Below are positions 55,238 to 64,000 of a stretch of DNA of 64,000 nt, piece by piece (position 1 is the stretch's first letter; the number at the start of each line of letters is the position of its first letter). The notes below the pieces were generated by a model, which worked only from the letters and a program-made list of their open reading frames with translations, was not told the DNA's origin and searched no databases. The position numbers and the translations under genes were made by a program. Origin of the DNA: Octopus vulgaris (Eukaryota); assembly GCA_951406725.2 (NCBI GenBank), contig OX597817.1:86180001-86244000 (forward strand). Reading direction: 5' to 3'.

Positions 55238-58200
55238 CTAAAATGCAAACAGAAAAAAAAGTTAAAAGTGCAATTATTTTGAAACTATTTTATGCATCAT
55301 CAATAAAACATTGGTTTTTATCTGATGTTTACAACTATTAAAGGTATTACCAATAGTTTGAAGTTATGTAATTCCTTTGTGTTCTAAATATCAGATAAAA
55401 GGGGTAAATATAGATCAGGGAAAAGCAAATAAGAAACCATTTTGATACTAAAACATGAGATATATTCAAAAATAATTAGCTCCCCTGTCAATTTTTATTC
55501 TGATCAATCAAGTGAGCTTAACTGAAATAAACTAGTTGTTTAATATCAGTGACTAAAGGTTAACAGGTTTGTTATTGAACAATTAGTCAAAAGGTAATTT
55601 GAGTACATGCAATTTTACCTTGTGATCTGTTTTATTCCCAAGGAAGACTCCTACTGCAGCCTAAACCATATCAATACTAGATGTTTGCATACAATACCTA
55701 CAAGTAATCTGTTCTGGTTCAGTTTATTTATTTAGCTATAGTAGTGTATGAAATTTTTCATTGAATACATCTAGTAAAATTCTTTCCTCTGAAACAATCT
55801 GGCCTTTGGCAGTCCATATAAGATTTTGTTGTTAAAATTTATGCATAATAAATTGCTTATACTTCTACAATATAGAAAATGTTTTAATTTTTTATACAAT
55901 TCCTATGGAGGTCCTGTAGAGTAAAATAAGAATCAAAGGGATCCAAAGGCAAAAAATGGTTGGGAACCACTGCCCTAAAGATATAAATCTTACTGATTTT
56001 TAAAAATTTACAACTCTTCCATAACTGCAATGTAGTACATTTATTTCTCCTCAGCCTACTTCATTTTCACTCTTCCAGAGATTCTTCATTAACTTCCTAA
56101 CTCATATTTCGCAAACTTATTCTTATAGAACACTTATAAAATTTTTCCAAAACTTGTGAAAACCATTACAATATTTTACAACCAACTCCTGTCACTTAAC
56201 TTTAATAAAATACTAAATGAAGCAAAACTTGTTTAGGAGAGAGAATTGATTAACATATGTAAAACAACTTATTTTGAAAATGGTGGATATAAAAGAAATT
56301 TTTTGATTAAATTTCATTAAAAGACACCTTCTCTTGTAGAACACTAGAATGTTTTTCAGAAAATCCACTTAAAAAAACTGCTCTTTCCTGACACTCAAAT
56401 TCCACTTTATTTCTCTCCAATAGCTTATCTGACTTTTGTATCATCATTACTATAACAAAAAAAAAACTTCTCATAACAGACAAACAGTTATAGAATTGTT
56501 CTTTAAACCTTTAGCATTCAGATTACTCTGTCAAATAAGTTTATCTGTTCATGGTTTTGAACTAATCGTGCATCATCTCCTAGCTTCAAGATTTTGAAGA
56601 TGTGATTGCTTATTTTCAGAAGGACATTGTAGAGTAGGTGTAATAGGCCAGATCTGGCCAGTTTCAGCATAAAACAGTGTTTGGGCCAGATATGGCCAGT
56701 TTAAACGCTAAATGGTTGTCTAACTGCCAGATTTTTTGCAAATTCTATACTGACTTTTCAGAAAAGCTGATGGGTTTAAAATCAAATATGAAAATAATTT
56801 ATATCACATTATATCCTCCTAGACATTATACAGCTATATTTCAAATACAGAGACATTACTATAAAGAAAATCTTTCCACATACAGGCCAATTAATGGTTT
56901 GTTAATTGTATAGGAATGCAAAGTATTTCTTTATTCAATAAATTCTTTATATTTTCTTTAGTTGTAGAAATGCATCATGGCTCCAAGTACATGGAACTAT
57001 CCTATTCTTTAGTCATCAATCAACATGATTCCAGCAAAATTTTCATTCTGTAAACATAGGCGCAGGAGTGGCTGTGTAATAAGTAGCTTGCTAACCAACC
57101 ACATGGTTCCGGGTTCAGTCCCACTGCGTGGCATCTTGGGCAAGTGTCTTCTGCTATAGCCCCGGGCCGACCAATGCCTTGTGAGTGGATTTGGTAGACG
57201 GAAACTGAAAGAAGCCTGTCGTATATATGTATATATATATATGTATGTGTGTGTATGTGTTTGTCCCCCCTAGCATTGCTTGACAACCGATGCTAGTGTG
57301 TTTACATCCCCATCACTTAGCGGTTCGGCAAAAGAGACCGATAGAATAAGTACTGGGCTTAAAAAGAATAAGTCCCGGGGTCGATTTGCTCAACTAAAGG
57401 CGGTGCTCCAGCATGGCCGCAGTCAAATGACTGAAACAAGTAAAAGAGAGTAAGAGTATTAAACCTTGTTTTAACACTATCCACCACTAATGAAAATCTC
57501 CCACCTGTCTATTTGCAGTTACTAGGTGTTACTTAGTGATATTCTAGCTACAACTCTCAAAAAAATATTTCTCCAAATTACTGTGATTGGAGCTGATTTT
57601 AAAAGTGGGTTTTTTTTTGGCAAACATTTTAATAGCTTATTTTATTGATTTATTTATTTTGTTAATATTTGTTCATATTTCCTTTCAATTATCCTAAATA
57701 TATGTCACATAGGTGGTGCCATGGCCAGTGAGGGTTATCAGAGGCATAGTTATTGCTAGTTGAAAGCCATCTAAAGCTGACATCTACCTCATTATCTGCC
57801 TGACAGTATGTATTTATGGTCCCTTTAAAGACCTATCTAATGGAAAATGCCACCTGGGGCAACTTTTCATTCGAAAGTGTTAAGCTGTTAAGCAAGGGGA
57901 ATTTGTAAGGCTTGTTAGTAATTAGCTATGAAATAGAAAATCTGAGAAGGAAGGGATTAACAGAAGGTACTGTCAAGAATTACCAACTGTCTTTTACTCT
58001 GAGTTACAGACCAACTACAGGTAGTAAGGTACGAAATGCTTTTGCCAATCTATCATTACCCATATTTTAATTTTTATTAAAATTACTTTAAATAATTAAA
58101 AAGTACAAAATATTCAATCTATACTTCTATACAATAATCATTACTGATTTCTGGAAAGCTAGACAAAATGGATGACTTCACATAAGTGTCATTTACCATA

Positions 58201-58554
58201 GGAAGAAATTATCAATTAAACCATTATTGAAAATATATCAATCAGTAAGCTGTCTTTTCATTGATCAACTTACACCTCAAAACTAGAGAACAACAATCTA
58301 GATTATATGCCTATTCTATATCAATGAATTTAAGACTCGCACATTTATGTGAGTTTGATCTAACACATTTATGACATATATCTGATATTTAAAAAGGAAA
58401 AAGAAAATTACAAATAGTTCCAGTAGTAAAGCAAAAATGGGATTTACCTTTTCTTTGTAGGCAACTTTTAACTTTTGAATATTTTCTACATTTAATTCAT
58501 TATATGAATCATTCTGGTTTACTGGTCTTGAATTCATCTTGCTTTCCCCATAGA
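54287..58554 (-). CDS. Ubiquitin carboxyl-terminal hydrolase (USP, peptidase C19), 5'-partial; complement(join(54287-55237,58448-58554))
   Basis: Contains the USP boxes SIIDNLFTGQL, LEDCF, LPECLIIQLLRF, the His box YNLYAMCVH...TSSGHYICYC...WYKFDD, and AYLLFY. The Cys-box exons are not visible and presumably lie beyond the window end. The subfamily resembles USP2/8/21 but is not assigned. Confidence 0.9.
57059..57449 (+). mobile_element. Near full-length tRNA-derived SINE (family 1)
   Basis: GGCGCAGGAGTGGCTGTG head, B-box GGTTCAGTCC, internal (TA/TG)n, and 3' end GACTGAAACAAGTAAAAGAG. Confidence 0.85.
58448..58554 (-). CDS. USP penultimate exon
   Basis: cag|TC TAT GGG...AAG|gtaaa; YGESKMNSRPVNQNDSYNELNVENIQKLKVAYKEK joins in phase 0 to IDKLNSF. 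Confidence 0.7.
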
Positions 58555-59812
58555 CTGAAAAAGAAAAATTGTAAAAATTATACCAATTTACCAAGCCTCA
58601 TTTTCTAAACCATGCCAAATATTTGGACTTTCAATCCTATACATCTACCATCACAAGCAACTTTTTTCCTTTTCATATCAATAGATGCAATGCTCCAACT
58701 TCCCATTACTATCACTAATAAATGTTATCTTTTCTCTCAATGTATATACATGTACATATATACATGCTATGCATACATATATATACATACATATGTATAT
58801 ACATACATATATATATATACATACATATATAAGAGAAAAAATAAGTTCAAAAAGAACAATTCTAACTTTCTGAGAGATCCAAAAAGAGAGAAAAAATAAT
58901 TTCTAGTAAAGATTCATTATATTCATAAAAAATCAACCAGAGAAAGTAATAAGAATATGAAAATAATAGATGAAAAATTTCGTTATAGGTATAAATATAC
59001 CACAAACAAGTACAAAAAATGGAGGAAAAAAGATGTTGAATCAAAATTAGATTTGATATAAAATTGGATTCAATACATATGCATGTTTCGAAAGACAATA
59101 CAAATATGTCGGAAAAAATTATAATCATAGTAATTATAATTAAATTTATAAATTGTCATTCGCATCAGTGAACATCAAACAGGTTTAATAAAATGAAATA
59201 AGATACAATAAGGGAGAATGCAATATTTACAAACAAGTTGTAAAAGGGAGAAATAATAATAATAGTGAGAGAAACGAAAAAGAAAAAGACATATCAATGT
59301 GTATGCAAGTCTGTATGTGCAGTAAATAATAACGAAGTATAATGTAAACAAGGCCATGAGTGTATAGTAGAATATAACACAACAGGCTCACTGGCAGAAA
59401 ACAGCCATAGAGAGTTATACATATACATAATATTGAAAGACGAAAAAAATATATATATATTACAAGAGGCGTAAAGCTGACATGCAAGACTATGTTTGAA
59501 AAGACACAATATTTAAGTAAAAAGGTACATACAAGCAGAGGAAAAACACCAAAGCAACTTAACAAAGAAAAGCACTGCTCACAGACAGGTTCGGCCGTTG
59601 TATTCAAAAGAGATCTCTTACTCAAAAACTAGCCTGGGGTAGGGGAGACAATCAAAAACGAATATATGGAGAAAATTATTGCAAATTTACAAGTAAATTT
59701 ATACATAAATATGTATATATATATATATATATACACATACATACGTATATATACATATATATACATACATATGTATATATACATACATATACTTATGTAT
59801 ACATATATAAGA

Positions 59813-60292
59813 TGACATGCATAAGATCTGGTCATCAAATCTAAGTAGAGACTTCAAACTTGAAATATTCAAAGCCACAGTCGAACCAATTCTACTATAT
59901 GGCTCAGAAACCTGGACGTTATCAAAGAAGCTTGAGAGGCGGTTGGATGGAACCTACACTCGCCTCCTTATGAGAGCTCAAAATCTCTCGTGGAAGCGCC
60001 ATCCAATCAAAATGCAAATATATGGGAAATTACCACCTGTGTCATCTCTTGTGAAAGGTAGGAGAGTCCAGTTTGCTGGACATTGTTGTAGAGCTGAAAA
60101 AGAAGTAATTTCTACTCTTCTCCTCTGGAAGCCATCTACTCGCAATACCAGAGGGCGCACACTCTCCTACCCTGATTCTCCAGGATACAGGCATCCAGCA
60201 ACAGGACCTCCGTAATGCTATGATGGACCGTGAAGTCTGGCGTAACATAGTAAATTCCATTGTCTCGACCACGGTCGAACAATGATGATGAT
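59813..60292 (+). mobile_element. Second RTE-like LINE family, 3' fragment
   Basis: KATVEPILLYGSETWTL...RRVQFAGHC; (GAT)n tail. Confidence 0.8.
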
Positions 60293-60607
60293 ACATATAT
60301 ATATATATACATAAGTATACTTACACACACATATACATATAAATATACATATATAAATACATACATATATATATATACATACATAGATAGATACATATAT
60401 GTATATATATAAATACATACATACATATATTGTTTCATTGTCTCAGGCATTTGGTTATGGTCATGCAGAACTGCCTTTAGTTGAACAAATCGAACCCAGG
60501 ACTTATTCTTTCTAAGCCTAGTACTAATTCCATTGGTCTCTTTTGTTGAACCGTCAAGTGATGGTGGGGGGACAAACACAAACACACAAACATATATATA
60601 CATTAAA

Positions 60608-61850
60608 CTAGCTGAAGGTGACCCGCTCTACGCGCGGGTAAGAGTGTGGGTGTTACTTTCTGTTGCTTCCTTTCAGCACGTAAAAAGCACCATCCGAACG
60701 TGGCCGATTGCAGCACTGCCTTGACTTGCTTCTGTGCCGGTGGCACGTAAAAAGCACCAACCGATCGTTGCCACTGCGAGCCCCCTGGCACCAGTGCCGG
60801 CGGCACGAAAAGAGCACTCACTACACTCACAGAGTGGTTGGCGTTAGGAAGGTCATCCACCTGTAGAAACACTGCCAGATCAGACTGGAGCCTGGTGCAG
60901 CCTCCTGGCTTCCGAGACCCTGGTCACACTGCCCGACCCATGCTAGCACGGAAAACGGACATTAAACGATGATGATGATGATGATGATTCTCCGTATTTG
61001 TTTCTCTCTCCGTTCTCTCTCACTTTCCCACTCTCTTACTTTTCTTTTCTCTCAGACTCTCCCTCGCTTTCTCTTACTCTCTATCTTTATCTATCTCTCT
61101 CCCATTTATAAACAACAGAAGATCTTGAGTTTGTTGAGAAATAAAATATTTAGAAAGATCAATCAGAAATATGAGGCAGTGGCAATGGAAAGGTCTGCTT
61201 CAAGGCAGACAGCAAAACGCTAACATTTAAAAGGGACAGACGAACTTGCGAGCTGAATAAAAATAATAAAATATTGGAAACCAAAGTTTGAAGGGATAGA
61301 ATCTGAGGATAGTAGAGTCACCATGGCTGGCGGACAGCAACGTAGTGACAGTTTAATGGCCGGCGTAAAATTTTGAACTTGATGTAAAAGAAAATTCGTA
61401 AACACCAAGTTTTGAAGTGATTCTTTCTCACGACAGTAGACTCACCATGGCAAGCATTCAAAACTTCTTTATCATGGACGGCAACACATTGACGATTAAA
61501 AGGCTGGCGCAAATTTTTTAGCTTGATGTAACAGAGAATTCCTAAACACCCGCTCCTTGAAATTTTAATCCCCTTCCAGCCCCATTTAGACCCCTTTTCA
61601 CATTTTAGTTAATATAACCCGATTTCATTCGGGTCTACTGGGGCCACATTTTATAAGATGAGGAATTTTGTCCTAGAGGTGATGCCTTTCATTTGAGGAA
61701 CAAAATAGTTGTCATGCAAACTTGTCAGCACCTTTAACATAGGTGTGCATATTTTCAGCTGAATCGACCGACTACGTAATGCACACATTATATATATATG
61801 TGTATATATATATTGTGTGTGTGTGTGTGTGTGCACGCATTATATATACA
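60608..61850 (-). mobile_element. Non-autonomous Helitron (5' end approximate)
   Basis: Minus-strand 3' end with the hairpin ACCCGC...GCGGGT (60621-60639) then CTAG|T (60608-60611); internal duplication at about 61314-61410 and 61434-61550. Confidence 0.65.
60676..60987 (+). mobile_element. RTE 3'-end fragment nested in the Helitron
   Basis: Homologous to 46790-46993; ends in (GAT)n. Confidence 0.8.
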
Positions 61851-61976
61851 AATGTATACAAATGAGATATATATCTGTATAAATTAAATTAGAGATAAAA
61901 CCACTAATAGGCAAATCAAAGAGTGAAAAACCAAAAACAAAAACATAAAAAAAGAAAATATAACATAGAAAATATA

Positions 61977-62971
61977 TCTATATATATAAAACTGTAGTTG
62001 TGTGAGTGTCTGTCCCCTTCGATTTAGATTCCTAACTACTCCCACATTTTGCGGTGCAGTTTAACCAAATTCGGGTATCTTAGTCGTGATTCATATCGAG
62101 CCCGTCTGGGTATTAGCGCGCGTCTACGATGAGTCAACGAATTTTAAAATAATTTAACATTTTTATTCCATTTTAATGCATATTTTTTCGTGTGTCGATG
62201 GTGGCGGAGTTGGCGACCACGCTCACGCCTGCACCTGTTTGCTTCTCCCCCTTCTTCCCTCCCTCGTGAAGCTGTGGGGAAGGGAGTGTAAGGAAATCAA
62301 CGTCGTAATGCGTTGTGAAGGAGACCAGCGTTCTTTTAGAACAACGACTTCATGGCTTGAAGGGGCCAAAACAGAAATCGCTAAAAAAGCTGAAACAGAT
62401 CCACAAAAACGGCAAAAACCGCCACACAGGGCAGGTTTCCTGTGCAAACAATTTGCACAACCGAATGTTTTAGTTGTTGCACAAATCTTTATATATAAAA
62501 GTAAGGTTGTGTGTCTGTCTCCTACGATTTAGATTCCTAACTACTCCCACATTTTGCGGTGCAGTGTAACCAAAACCGGGTATCTTATAGTCGTGATTCA
62601 TATCGAGCCCTTCTATGTATTAGCGCGCGTCTACAATGAGTCTACGATTTAAAAAAAAATTTACCATCATTTTTTATTCCATTTTAATGCATTTTTCGCT
62701 ATTATATAAGGGAAGTAACTCTCTAAAAATGTCTACGATGAGTCAACGATAAAAAAAAAATTACCATCATTTTTTATTCCATTTTAATGCATTTTTCGCT
62801 ATTATATAAGGGAAGTAACTCCTAAAAATGTCTACGATGAATCAACGATTTAAAAAAAAATTACTATCATTTTTTATTCCATTTTTAAAGCATTTTTTGC
62901 TATAACTCACTAAAAATGCTTATATAGTTATTTCCCTTACAAACCCGAGCAACGCCGGGCGATACTGCTAG
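61977..62971 (+). mobile_element. Composite non-autonomous Helitron
   Basis: A|TC 5' end at 61977 and a second homologous A|TC head at 62486; three internal repeats of about 98-100 bp at about 62631-62915; 3' hairpin CCCG...CGGG (62944-62959) then CTAG|T. Confidence 0.8.
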
Positions 62972-63112
62972 TAAAATATAAAATTGAAAACTTTAAATTA
63001 TTTAAATTGAAAATAAAAATTATTAAATTATATTTATAATTTGTTTAAAAATATATATAACTATGAAAAAGTATGAAAAGGTTTAATATACATAAATACA
63101 GATATATTCACT

Positions 63113-63310
63113 TTGTATATATACATTATATATACATATTTATATATAGAACACACACACACACACACATACATTATATATACATATTTATATATAGAAC
63201 ACACACACATACATTATATATACATATTTATATATAGAACACACACACACACATACATTATATATACATATTTATATATAGAACACACACACACACACAC
63301 ACACATATAT
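63113..63310. repeat. Compound microsatellite-derived tandem repeat, about 4 units
   Basis: ATACATTATATATACATATTTATATATAGAAC(AC)n repeated. Confidence 0.85.
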
Positions 63311-63907
63311 AAATGAACGCAAGAATATCTGATTCATAATATTTGTTCTCATGCTCGTGTGTTGTTTGTTGGTGACAGACATATACTTAAAAGAACGCCG
63401 CCGAAGTGATAGGAAGGTAGGAAACAGAGTCAGTGAAAAAGAAAGGAAATAGCGATAGTGACAGATACTTTAAATAACGGTAGTGGACTTCTGAAAGTTA
63501 TGAAGAGGAGTAAGAGAGGGAAAGGAGGAAATAGGGTGAGTGAGGAAGATGGCCCCTAGCAACCACAGCTTTCAAGATAGGGATTTCTAAGGTAGCCCAC
63601 GCACATCATCACCTCATTCTACATGTCCCTGTAAATTTTGGATCGAATCGGACGGGATGTAGTGGCATTGAAAGCGAACCAAGCGGTAAAAACGCATTTC
63701 AGTTTTATATATAGAGATGACAGGCTTCTTTCACTTTCTGTCTACCAAATCCACTCTCAAGGCTTTGGTAAGCTCAAAGCTATAGTGGATGATACTTATC
63801 CGAAATGTCACATTGGTGGTAAGCAAGACCATGTGGGTGGTGCAAGTTAGCAAGCTACTCACCACTCATGGATATGTATATATATATATTCATACTTATA
63901 CATACAT

Positions 63908-63971
<64 letters not shown>

Positions 63972-64000
63972 GCATATTATATACATATATACATGTACAG

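Noticed and set aside
55619-55660. Possible 42-nt USP cassette exon (tag|GCTGCA...AAG|gtaaa, AAVGVFLGNKTDHK)
   Set aside because: The flanking exons already join in frame and read naturally; the polypyrimidine tract is weak and there is no homology support.
58612-60603. Several 60-155 aa ORFs rich in Y, I, C, V, H and T
   Set aside because: These are translations of (TA)n/(CA)n microsatellites and low-complexity repeat DNA; the same applies to similar ORFs throughout the window.

Overview
AT-rich, repeat-dense animal genomic DNA. The SINE, RTE and microsatellite landscape resembles an octopus-type coleoid cephalopod (inference, not verified). Four spliced protein-coding genes were reconstructed by hand with frame-consistent GT-AG junctions. 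(1) The 3' nine exons of ATG16L1, covering the WD40 propeller (+, 2734-15049). (2) A complete 10-exon PRPF18 (-, 34138-17038, 344 aa). (3) A complete 5-exon uncharacterised EEP-superfamily (endonuclease/exonuclease/phosphatase) gene (+, 36113-47825, about 477 aa); its final catalytic PSDH motif is separated from the rest of the domain by a Cys-rich module and two predicted transmembrane helices. (4) The last two exons of a USP-family deubiquitinase (-, 58554-54287). Introns and intergenic DNA carry RTE, CR1, R4/Dong-like and Penelope-like retroelements, tRNA-derived SINEs, mariner/Tc1 and piggyBac-like elements, and two head-to-head non-autonomous Helitrons. The most notable signals are the membrane-interrupted EEP enzyme, a set of minimal (dimer-type) hammerhead ribozyme motifs including two sense-strand copies flanking an ATG16L1 micro-exon, and a Penelope repeat unit that joins a tRNA-like Pol III cassette to a hammerhead.
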